Assembly: GCA_051294375.1 (NCBI GenBank)
Contig: CM119266.1
Location: forward strand, 15,726,468 to 15,785,626
From: Paraspadella gotoi
Lineage: Eukaryota > Animalia > Chaetognatha
Length of the DNA stretch: 59,159 bases
Direction of reading: 5' to 3'
Positions 25,165-36,439 of the stretch are shown in pieces. The notes beneath the pieces were generated by a model. That model was given only the letters and a program-made list of their open reading frames with translations. It was not told the origin of the DNA and did not search any database. Made by a program: the position numbers and the translations under genes. How positions within the stretch are numbered: the first letter of the stretch is position 1; every line of letters starts with the position of its first letter.

Positions 25165-27745
25165 CAACCCTCACCTCGTTGAAGAAGTAGATGAGAGCGG
25201 AGGGAGGGGAGGGAAGGAGTGTGAGGGGAAGTTTCGAAGGCGGGGCGGGAGCGGAGCACGGAGAGATCGAAGGCCTATAAGGGGAAACGAGGAGAGCCGC
25301 AAATGAAGAAAGTGCCGAAGGAAAGGAAAAAAAAGAGGAGGGGTGACTAGACAGGCAGGGAAAGGGGGAGGCGATAGTAGGCGTTGCAAGGAAGGCGAAG
25401 GGGCAGTCGGAGGAAGGCTGAAATGCGTCCAAGGGAGGGGAAGGCGTCCGAAGGAGACTAAAAGCATCGCCAGGAAGCGAAGGCGTACCGAGAGGCGAAT
25501 GCCGTCAAGCGGAGGGAAAGGCGACCTGGAGGGAGGCTGAAAGCATGCGCAAGGAAAGCGACAAAGCGGTCCAAGGAGGGGAAGGCGACCGCAGGAGGCT
25601 AAAGCATCCAAGGAGGCGACAAAGCGGTGCCAAGGAGGGAAGGCGTCGCGAGATGGTTGCTACGCAGCGCGTAAGGAAGGCCGAATGCGTCGCGAGAGGA
25701 GCGGATAAGGCGACGCCGAGGTATGGCTAAAAGCAATACCAAGGACGGCGAACCAAGCGTCCAAGAGGGGAAGGCGAGCCGTAGGAGGGCCTAAAGCCAT
25801 CGCAAGGAAGGGCCGACAGCGTCGCAAGAAGGGGGAAGGCGTCGAACGAAAGGCCAAGCGCGTCCAAGGAGGACGAATGCAGTGCCAAGAGGAAGGGAAA
25901 AGGGCCGTCCGAGAGGCTAAGAGCGTGCGCCGAAGAACAAGGCGACAGCGTCGGTCGAAGGAGGGGAAGGCGTCCGAGGAGGGTGCGAAGGCGTCCCAAT
26001 GAGGGGCAAGGGCGTCCGAGAAGGGCGAAGCGGTCCGAAGGAGGGAAAGCGTCCGAGGAGCTAAAAGGCATGCCAAGGGAGGGCGACAGACTCTCAAGAG
26101 GGGAAGGCGTCCGAGAGAGGCGAGAGGCGGTCCCCAAGGGGAGGGGAAACGGAGCGTCGAGGGAGGACTACAACAGCGGTCCAAAGGGAATAGGCGAACG
26201 GCCGGTCCAAAGGAGGACGAAGTGCGTCTGGAAGGAGGCGAAATCGAGTCCAAGGAGAGCGAATGCGTTCCAATGAAGGGGAAGGCGTGCGCGGAGGAGG
26301 GGAATAAGGCGTCCGAGAAGGCGGAAGGCGTACCCGAACGGAGGCGTCTGGAGGATGCGGAAGACTCCCTGTCGAGGTCGCTAGGTCCGACGTTGAAAGC
26401 CCGGGCCTCAGGCCCGTCCAATCCGGCGGGGGATATGAGGTCGAAGGATATTCGGGACGTCGAAAAAACCCTGGCGGCCAGGGGCGCCGATCCACTCAAT
26501 TGGCACGACGGCCGGTGGCGATCGGTGGGGAGAAACGGATGGATGGAGACCCAACGAACTATGAGATGGAAATATAGCGAATTTCGAAAAAATTAATAAC
26601 TTAAAAAACGCTCCAATCGAGGATGAAAAGAATCTAAGAAAAGCGAAAAAAATAAACTTGCGAGAGTAAGTGGTAACTACTATTGGATATGTTTTTTAAT
26701 GCTGATTTTATACAGTTTCGGTGCAAGAACGTCAGTATTATTGTTTGCAGTCTCCGCTAAAACATGTTTTCGCTTCTTTATTCTTTGCTTCATTTATTCT
26801 GGTTGTTTTTTGTTTTTTTTTAAAGCTATTCTACATTTGTTTTCGCTGCCTCGTCCGCTCCCTTCTCGTCCACCTTTTCGAAAGACCTCCGCGCTGGCCA
26901 AAAATCGACGTACAGCGAAATCGCCAGACACGAGAATAGTTCGCAGCCGATAAAAAGCTAAATGCCTGCTCCCGCCCCCGACCTTTTCCCGGCTGCGATC
27001 GCTTATTCTTGCTTCTTCTCCAGTGATCTGCCTTTCGCAGCGTTTCAAGTTTCGCTCCTAATCCCCTGCTACAGGACCCGGTGCGCTCCCACGCCCAGTG
27101 CCCGGCTCCTCACCCTATCACCGGCAACGAAGAAAGGATCGTGTGTATTCACCCTGCCAGGTTCTGCGGGCAGGCAACAAAATTGCATTATCCCATCCGT
27201 CTCTCATCTGCTCTCTCTCCAGTCTCATCTCTCCTCTCGCTCCATCGCTGCACGGAGTCTCTCTAACTCTCTATCCTCTCTCTCCGGTTCTCTCTCTCTC
27301 GTCTTGGCTAGAAGAGTCGCTCAGGTTGTAGCTCTTGTAAGTCAATCTGCACTCAGATTAGCGTTGCCGATTCTACGTCACTTTACAGCGAATTTTCAGT
27401 AGGCCTTGTTCAAATTCTTCCGGCAACCCGCCATGTTTGTTCGTGGTTTGTTTGCCTTTTTTCCCGGAGGTCCGGGCATCACCGCTGGACACTCGTCTTC
27501 GGTCCCGCGATAGTTCAGGGGTCCCTCTGGCGGAGTGTCCGACCACGTTTTTAAAACCGATGAATATTGCCGGGGCAGTCTCTCGTCTTCTCGCGTCTCG
27601 CTTCAATCCTCTCTCGTCTCTCTCTCTGCTCTCTCTCTCTCATCTCCCGTCTCGTCCTCTCTTCTACTCCTCCTGCAGCCCTCACTCTCTGTCCTCTGCC
27701 ATTCTTACAACATTGCCCTCACATGGCGGAAGGATATCGGCCGAT
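25165..27745 (+). repeat. Left arm of a ~2.5-kb inverted duplication (reverse complement of ~28705-31078), including an error-rich copy of the 18-bp coding repeat array at ~25380-26350
   Basis: Matching pairs: 25171 tcacctcgttgaagaag vs ~31058-31074; 26521-26600 vs 29745-29820; 27721 acatggcggaaggatatcggc vs 28710-28730. Confidence 0.9.
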
Positions 27746-28089
27746 GAGAGAGAGAGACTCGAATTTCATCGTTAAAACGGGGTCGACACTCGAGAGACCC
27801 CTGGAATATCCGGGGACGAAACGAGTGANNNNNNNNNNNNNNNNNNNNNNNNNNNNNNNNNNNNNNNNNNNNNNNNNNNNNNNNNNNNNNNNNNNNNNNN
27901 NNNNNNNNNNNNNNNNNNNNNNNNNNNNNNNNNNNNNNNNNNNNNNNNNNNNNNNNNNNNNNNNNNNNNNNNNNNNNNNNNNNNNNNNNNNNNNNNNNNN
28001 NNNNNNNNNNNNNNNNNNNNNNNNNNNNNNNNNNNNNNNNNNNNNNNNNNNNNNNNNNNNNNNNNNNNNNNNNNNNNNNNNNNNNNNNN

Positions 28090-28122
<33 letters not shown>

Positions 28123-28704
28123 TTTTGTTGCTGCGAAAACCTGGCAGGGAACAAGATCCTTTCTTGCGTGAAGGGGGGAGGCCGGAGGGGGCGTGGAGCT
28201 CAGGTTGTAAGAGGATTAGAGCGAAACTGAAAGGTGGAAGGAGATCAGAGAAGAAAAGAAAAAAAAAGAGAGAGATATGAGGCGTGTGCTTTTTCGGAAC
28301 GATCTCTAAGGGAAATTGGTAGTGAAGGCCAGATCCCGATGCTTCTTTCGTCGGTTGCGGAGGGAAAAAAGTCCGCGCATTGTTATCTTTGTTATTCCTA
28401 GCTTTCGGTCCCGCGCGCTGTTATTAGATTTTATATTTTCTGTATATTACTCACCTCATTATTTTTCTACTTGCGAAACCATAGGCAGAGTGGACCCGCT
28501 AATTAAAAGAAAACTTTCAGTCATGCCTCTTTCCGCTCGACCTCAACATTTTACATCGAGAGGCCGATACCTTGCCTTTCTAATCCTCCTGACTCCGCAA
28601 CAGAGTCTTCTCCACCGTTGCCCTTTTGTCCGTCGAGCGTCTCTCGGCGAGCAGAGGCGCCGCTCGACCTCTCCGATCTCACAACACCCAGGGAGTGCCG
28701 ACTT

Positions 28705-31078
28705 CCATTCGCCGATATCCTTCCGCCATGTGGCTGTGAAGAATGCAGAGAGCAGAGAGTGAGGGTGCAGAGGAGTAGAAGAGAGGACGAGAGAGAGAGA
28801 GAGAGAGAGAAGAGAGAGAGAACAGAGAGAGGATGAGAGACCGAGAGACGCAGAGAGAGAGAGAGACGCCCGGCAGACTCATTCATCGGTTTAAAAACGT
28901 GGGTCGACACTCTCGCAGAGGGACCCTGAATATCGGCCGAAGAGGAGCCGAGGGAGCGAGCAGTCAACAGACGGATCACAGGACTCGGCGAAAGGAAACG
29001 ACAATATGCGGTTGCAAGAATTTGAAAGGCAACTGAATAATTCGCTGAAAGTGACGAAGCAATCGGCAACGCCCATCTGAGTGCAGTTGACTTACAAGAG
29101 CTAAACCTGAGCGATCTTTAGCCAAGACAGAGAGAGAGAACCGGAGAGGAGAGGAGAGAGAGAGAGATCCGGAGCATGGAGGAGAGGAGAGAGGATGAGA
29201 GAGAGCAGATGAGAGACGATGGGAATGAATTTTGTTGCCTGGCAGAGACCTGGCCAGGTAATACAACGATTTTTGCTTGGGTGAAGGGTGAGAGGCCCGG
29301 GCACTGGGCGTGGGACTCAGGTGTTATAGCAGGGGAATTAGAGCAAACTGAAAGTGCGAAGGCAAACGTGAGTAAAGAAGAAGAATAAGACGGCCTGGGA
29401 AAAGGTTCGGGGCGGAGAGATTTAGCTTTATCGGCGCAACATTCGTGTCTGCGATTCGGCTTACGTCGATTTTTGGCCAGCGGGAGGTCTTTCGAAGGGA
29501 GAGAGGGAGCGTGACGAGCAGCGAAAAAAAGGTAGAAAAGCTTTAAAAAAAAACAAAAACCGAATAAAGAAAAGAATAAAGAAGGAAAACTATTGTTTTA
29601 ATCGGAGATGCAAAAATATCTGACGTCTTGCACGCGAAACTTATAAAAATCGCATTAAGAAACAATCAATAGCTAGTACATTACTCGCAAGTTTATTTTT
29701 TCGTTTTCTTAGATTCTTTTCATCCTCGTTGGAGGTTTGTGGTAAGTTATTAATTTTTCGAAATTCGTATATTCCAATCTCATAGTTCGTTGGGTTCCAT
29801 CCATCCGTTCTCCCCACCGGACGCCACCGCGCGTCGTCCAATGAGTGGATCGCGCCCTGGCGCCAAGTTTTTCGACGGCGAAATCCGTTCGACTCTTCCG
29901 CGGATGCACGGGCCTGAGGGGCGCTTAACGTCGTATCGACCTCTGGAAGAGTCCTTCGGATCTCCAACGCCTCCTTGACGGCTTCGCGCGTTCCGACGCC
30001 TTCCCCTCCTTGGAGCGCCGTTCGCCTCCTTGATGCTTTAGCCTCCTCGGACGCCTTTCCCTCCTTGGACGCATCGCGCTTCCTCGATGCCTCCCGCTTT
30101 GGACGCATCGCCTCCTTGGATGCCGTGAGCTTCTCGACGCCTTCACCTGCCTTGACTTCATTCGCCTCCTCGATGCCTTCCCTGACCTGACGCCGTCTCG
30201 CTGTCCTGGACGCTTTAGCTTCCACGGATCGCCTTTCCCTCCCTTGGACGCTTCGCCTGCTCCGACGCCTCCCCCTCCTTGAACTGGCCGTCGCCTTCCT
30301 TGGATGCTTTAGCCTCCTCGACCCTTTCCCTCTTGGACGCATCGCTGTCTCGACGGCTTCGCCTCCTTGGACTCGATTCGCCTCCTCAGAACGCCCTGTC
30401 ACCCTCTTGGACGCTGGGTCCGTCGCTCCTTGGACGCTTTGCCTCCTCGGATGCTTCCCCCTTGGACGCATTCGCTCCCTTGGACGCCTGAGGCTTCTCG
30501 GACGGCCTTCTACCTCCTTGGACTTCATTCCGCCTCCTCAGATGCCTTCCCCTGCCTTGGACGCCGTCGCTTCTTGGACGCTTAGCCTACCCGGATGCCT
30601 TCCTCTCTTGGACGCCTTGTTCTCGGAAACGCCTCCCCTCCCTTGGACGCGTCGCCTCGCTTGGATGCTTAGCCTCCTCGATGCCTTTCTCCTCCTTGAC
30701 GCAAATCGCGCTCCTCGGAGCGCTTTAGTCTTTCGGATGCCTTCCCCCTAGATCGCANNNNNNNNNNNNNNNNNNNNNNNNNACGCATTCGCCTCCTCAG
30801 ACGCCTTCGCCTCCTTGGATGCTTTAGTCTCCTCGGACGCCTTCCCCTCCTTGGACGCATTCGCCTCCTCGGACGCCTTCGCCTCCTTGGACGCCTTCGC
30901 CCCTTTCGCTTCCACCTCCTCTTTTTTTTCCTTCTCCTCGGACTTCTTCATTTGCGTCTCCTCGTTTCCCCTTATAGGCTTCGTCTCTTCTCTCTCCTCC
31001 TTCCCCTCCTTCGACTTCCCCTCACACTCCTCCCTCCCCTCCCTCGCTCTCATCTCCTTCTTCAACGAGGTGAGGTTC
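28705..31078 (-). repeat. Right arm of the inverted duplication
   Basis: Reverse complement of 25165-27745. The spacer contains a ~260-N gap and partial re-copies of nearby sequence. Confidence 0.9.
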
Positions 31079-31191
31079 TCCTTGATGGCGCCGATGTCGG
31101 CCGAAATTTGACGGAAAAAGAGAGAGTCGACGGCGGGGTCGCTGAGGCGGAGGCCAGCGTCGGCGGTGAGTTGTTGGTTCAAGTTGCAATG
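29780..31191 (-). CDS. Putative terminal exon of Deltex-like gene A: coiled-coil-like segment followed by ~50 hexapeptide repeats AS(K/E)E(G/A)(K/N); frameshifted by probable sequencing errors
   Basis: A polypyrimidine + ag acceptor at 31192 opens in phase 0 (HCNLNQQLTADAG...RQISADIGAIKENLTSLKKEMR...ASKEAKASEEANASKEGKASEETK). 18-bp units like gcgtccaaggaggggaag/gcgtccgaggaggcgaat span ~29970-30900. The stop position (~29780) is approximate. Confidence 0.55.
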
Positions 31192-31372
31192 CTTAGAGAG
31201 TGAGAGAGAGGGATTCATCGACCACAATTATCACTTAATGATGACTTAATAATTTAATTCAATAAATTAATCAAAATCATTACAATAATTTTCGACCAAA
31301 AGCATTACTAAAAAATGATATTTCTGATGGATGAGCGAGTTAACGACGACAATGAAGATTACGATTATTTCT

Positions 31373-31609
31373 TTAAACCTGTCGCGCAGTGAGGTCGTCC
31401 TTCGTTATTCCCAATTTTTTCAACTCGTCGATCAAAGTGTTTTCTAGGTACTCATGCCAATCCGAGTAGTGAACCAACGACAGGTTGTTAACCACCAACT
31501 GATAGGCCAAACCTGATCAGATGAAAATTGGACCAGTATCGCTCTCCGCCAAACCATCTATTTGTGACTTCTCTCAAAACCCACTCTCTCTCTCTCTCTC
31601 TCTCCAACT

Positions 31610-31645
<36 letters not shown>

Positions 31646-34600
31646 ACCGATATTATTTCGATTACTCCAACCGACAGTGAAAAGGATCCTTTGCTCCCAA
31701 GCGAGGATGAGAAGCTGCAGAATGAGTCTCCCCTTAAAAGTGTTGGGCAGGTAGGCCTTTTTGCCGCGGCATTCGTCCACGTGAAAAGGCGTCCCGGGTT
31801 GTGGGTGGAAGGGACCTGAATTGGGATTGAGATTGAGTTAAGTCACAAAACAAAATTAGAAAACAATCACTCGAGAGCCAATATTAGTTTATTTTTTTAT
31901 ATATTTTTATGCCGGTACCTGGAGGGTGATATCAATATTCACTTGCAAAAAACCGTTTTTAAATTCCTACAATGGTTCCGAGATATGTCATACGTCCAGC
32001 CTTGATAAGGCAAAATTGTAAGAATAAAATTTCTAGTTTCTTCTTAGATTTCTGAGCGCTAGTACTATTTAAAAAAAGAGAAAACGTTTTGCTGAATTCT
32101 TCCAGCATAATCCATAAATGTGTAAGACGATGGGTACACCTAAAAGTGATATGTTTTCTAGAGGACGAAAATTTTTCTTTAGGTTTTATTTAAAATTAGG
32201 TATTGTACCAATAGGATAAATTGAGATACTCACCGCTTTGCCAAAATTTTTATTTAACAAAGATTTGTACTGCGTAGTTCAAATCCTTAGTTCTCTAAAG
32301 GTAAAAAAAGTTATTTTCTTGAATAACTTTGGAAAGAAAAGAGGTAGGAATGTGGGTGAGGTATTAAATTAAAGCCCTAATCATGGACACCTCTCAAAAA
32401 TAGTTTTATTAATTTTATCCATAAATCTTTACACAGCTTTTATTTAAATCGGAGTTAAAAGTATAACAGTTTTTTGCATTAAAAATTTCAATGAAGGCAT
32501 GTGAAATTCTCTTTCGTAATTTGAAAAAGGAAAGACTAAATTATATTTTGATTACCATTAAATTTTCTCTACTCTCTAAATTTGCTTGTATTTTTAGTTA
32601 AAGTAAAAAACAAGCAAAAATTTAGTAAGTAGCTGGATAAAATTTTTTTTAAATATGAAAAATGTGAATACAAAAATATTTTCAGATTGATATAAACAGT
32701 CTGGACGTCTACCTTCTTGTCTGTGAAAAAAAATATATCATTTTTGATTATCTTCAACTGCAACAAAAAGCTTGACACGCTGCTGTTTATCATAATAAAA
32801 TTTTAAAAAGTTACATAGCTGGCGAAATATTTGACAAAGCAAGACATCATTGTGTTTATTTGTATTGATAATTTTCTTTTAAATATAACAACCTTTATAC
32901 AAGGAATTTTATTATATTACTTATCATCCGTTTCAATTAAGAAAAAAAATTTCGTGGAATAGCCCATTGGAAAGGGTTCATTGACTGACTTAATGATCGA
33001 ATTTTCACATTTCACAAGACATAAAAGGTCATGATTATCATGTCAGTATGTTCAGATTATCTGTTCCCTTTCTGCAACCTGCATTCTGAATTTTCTTTTT
33101 TCCCCTTTCAAATGTATTAAATAAAAAAAAATATTTGAGAGAACGATCGGCATGGAGGATGCTCTGGTAAGCCTTAGTTACCCACTTCCCGACGAATTTT
33201 TAAACGAGGTTTTTTTTCCATCTATTCGAGCATAACACTAACTATTGGTACTATTAATTTTTTATTTTTTTTAATGAAATTTTGCGTAATCAGAGAAACG
33301 TTTAGCGTGTCAAAAAAATATGGAAAAAAAAGAGAAAAAACGTTCTGACAAAGTTAAAAATTTATGGAGGAATCTAGACTTAGCAAAAAAATCCAATTAA
33401 AATAAATTTAAAGACATATGAAAAATTTAAATTAAAAAAGAAAATTTTCTGCTTTTACAAATTGCAAGTTTCGAGTTCGGATCGTTCCCATAGTGACCCG
33501 TTTCGACCAATCCCAAGTATCTTAACTCGAAAGAACCATCTTCTTTTCTATCGATTCTCCACCCAACCACCGCTGTGTGCCACCCTCCACCCTCCAGCAC
33601 CTTGTATTCCACCCTCGATGTTAAACTTGAACTGAAGGACGATGATGTTTTCCTTCTTTGAACCCACGATTCGATCTTCGGCGAGTCCGTAGTAAAATTG
33701 CCCGTCCGGACAAACGCTGGCCAGTCTGCCAGTGTAGGTCGTGCAGAGAGGGCATCGAATCCTGGGAGGGATAAGACAAACATTGATGGCGAATACGATG
33801 ACTCGTTAAACGAATTCTTAATATGAGTAGCGTAAAAAAGCGTAAAAAAGTCCACAGTTTAAAATTCCAATTTAATATACCCGAATTAAGATTTTTGAAA
33901 CGCTCACCTCGTCTTAAATGCGGCGCCGGAATTCTCCGTCATCAACATTAACTCCAGGCAAGGACGATGCACCAAGTGATGACATTTAAGAAGCTCCACC
34001 ACCGGAATGGAAAAGTCGTCGTCCTCTTCCTCATCGTCGTTATCCTCATCTTGAGGGCGTTTGACGAACAACTTGAGACACACTGGACATCTGGGGACGA
34101 AAAAACAAAATCAATTGAGATCCTTTCTTACAAATGACTCCGTACTGACTTGTCGGGGCGCCGGTGAGAATCGTCTATGCGTCGAGTGCAGTGATCGATC
34201 ACCCAATCTTGGGAAATCTGAGAACGAATACAAAATTTATAATTTTCTGTCTTTTTTTATTTCTTTCTTTATTCTCTCTGTCTGTCTTTCTGTCTTTTCC
34301 ATTCTTTCTTTCTTTCTCTTTCTTTCCCCCCACCCTGCCCGATTCCTCGACGGACGGATGATAAGGCGGCAATTGAGCAACGCCGATCTTCTCTGCCAAA
34401 TACGGCGCCGGATATTCTGGCGCTAATTTCCATCCGGGTGGCGGCGGCGCTGCGGATCCAAATTCGCGTGGCAACGGATCCCACAAAAAGGCGCCGCGCG
34501 GCGCGACCAAAGGCGTTGGACGAGGGGGCGAAGGGTTGGGGACGGCGGAGGAATTGGGAGTGTTAGGTACGATCGTGCTGCGGGGAGCGGGGACGCCGGA

Positions 34601-36113
34601 GTCCGAAGAACTGGAGAAGTCGAATGAGTCGTTAAGATCGGCAGCGTCGGCGGCGTCATCGTCGACTGACGGGCTGGATCCGTTGGTGGCGCTCGCGATG
34701 CCGGATTCATTGTTTCCGGCGACAGAGACGATGGCGTTTTCGTCGTTGCTGGAAAGAGCGATCCAACTCCTGGTCAAGGCACTTCTCACATGCAACAAAG
34801 GTTCATTGATTGATTGATTGAATGGATTAGGTTGATTGGCAAATTGCATACAACAAATCCTATAATTCGTACGTATTTTCCACGAAGTTCTCGTTGCGGC
34901 TCTCGGTATTAATTCCCCCAGCGACTGAAGAGAGAATAGAAATTGAATGAGATTAAAAAACAAGTTTGAGAAAACAATGCTGGATCTGCCCACGATAATT
35001 AATTAATTAATTAAGTAATTAATTAATTAATATTAATTTTTTTTATTCGTGTCAAAATCGTTCTCCACTCTGTCTCGCCTCTCAATCACAAAACAACAAT
35101 CTCGATCAAAAAATTAATTAATTAATTACAAATAATTAATAAATAATTAATTACTTTATTAATAATTTATTAATGCAGCTTGAATTTACATTTAATATAA
35201 AAATAAAGAAAGAATAATCAAATAGTGAAATAGATTGTTTATTTTTTCCATTTTCCACTTGGACGATTCCATCGAAACTTAATTTCCAGCTCAATCACAC
35301 ACGTTCCTACCCACACACAAAATTTCATTCCAATCCATCCATCAAATCACGAGTAATTGATAATAAGACGGACAGACAGACGGACATAATTTTTTTTGCA
35401 TAATTTATCATAATTCGATGTTCTGACATGATATAAGTGAATGCCCGACAAGATTGGCGGGGCGGACCGACGGACCGAAAAAGTGAATTATAGACTATAG
35501 AGCCGGAATCTGCTGTAAGCAGATCCGGCTAAAAACCAGTCACACTGAGTCCCATTGATTTTTAACTGATCAACTCATCACCTCCTCTTCTTTCGTTTCC
35601 GTTCTCGTCAACGACGCTCAATTCCGGCGTGGCGACAGCCGTAGCAGCCGCTCCAGCCGGAGCTACGCTAGTATTTCTCGTAGACGAGACGATCCGCCCG
35701 CGATCGCCAGTCCTCCCTCTGGGCAAAACTTTGGTCGTTATTCCCAAAGAGGTTTCCGAATGGGGCAGGTGGTTCTGCAGCACCAGAAGGGCATCGCGTG
35801 CCGCTGGTTTAAAAAAGTCGGAGTCGACAATCGTCTCTTGATTTGGGAGAGTTCCGGTGAAAGCAATTCGATATCGACTCACCCAACGACGCGGTGGGCC
35901 AAGAGCTCCTCGCTTCTGTCAATGGGATGAAAAGTTGAATGACAAGATCACAATTAGTCTACATTCACGTGACTAACTTGCGTTTATTTTTAGGTTGACC
36001 TCCAAAAGAGGAGAGTCGGTGAGATCTTCCTCTGTGACCAAAAAAAATACATTAATATTTTTTTGCTCATTCCGAGAAGTGAACGAAATTTAGCCATCAC
36101 CGTTTGCATACAT
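31373..36113 (-). CDS. Deltex-family (DTX3-like, WWE-less) RING-H2 + DTC E3 ubiquitin ligase, paralog A. Exons 36101-36113, 35978-36031, 35883-35915, 35582-35803, 34873-34924, 34334-34781, 34150-34217, 33908-34090, 33601-33761, 31648-31815, 31373-31512 (513 aa, longer if spliced at 31379 into 31191)
   Basis: RING-H2 CPVC...CHHLVHRPC...IRCPLC is followed by DTC-like GGIQGPFHPQPGTPF...AYLPNTFKGRLILQLLILAWEQRILFTVG...LIDELKKLGI. Splice phases are consistent throughout. The 5' micro-exons are less certain. Confidence 0.8.
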
Positions 36114-36439
36114 TCGCCGAAAAATTATTTTTCTGATGTTTTAAAACAGCAACTATACGTGAAAGGAAATTTTGAAAAAAAAATGAGCCTAGATAGCTAT
36201 GATAAAATTGTAAGCATTTTTCTCAACTCAAAGTTAGTGTAAAACTATTTAAGAAGAAATCGCGGATAGTTTTTTGTGAACACTAAATTTAGTAAACAAG
36301 ATTTTTTTTTTGTCCGAGAATTTAATCTAATGACGAAATCCGCTTATTTTTTTCATCCACGCCCCCAAAAAATTTGATTCATTAGTTTAATTTCGTAAAA
36401 TCGACGATTTATTTCGACGAGAAAAAAAGACGTTCTCGA

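Noticed and set aside
25165-26600. Second intact gene copy of the hexapeptide-repeat protein on the + strand
   Set aside because: It begins mid-exon, lacks an acceptor and start, is riddled with indels, and is probably an assembly chimera.
31900-33200. Possible DNA-transposon relic enlarging a Deltex-A intron
   Set aside because: AT-rich and repeat-like, but no terminal inverted repeats or TSD could be identified.
33427-33855. 142-aa ORF from the ORF track as a separate gene
   Set aside because: It is an off-frame reading across the Deltex-A RING/DTC exon 33601-33761 and its flanking introns.
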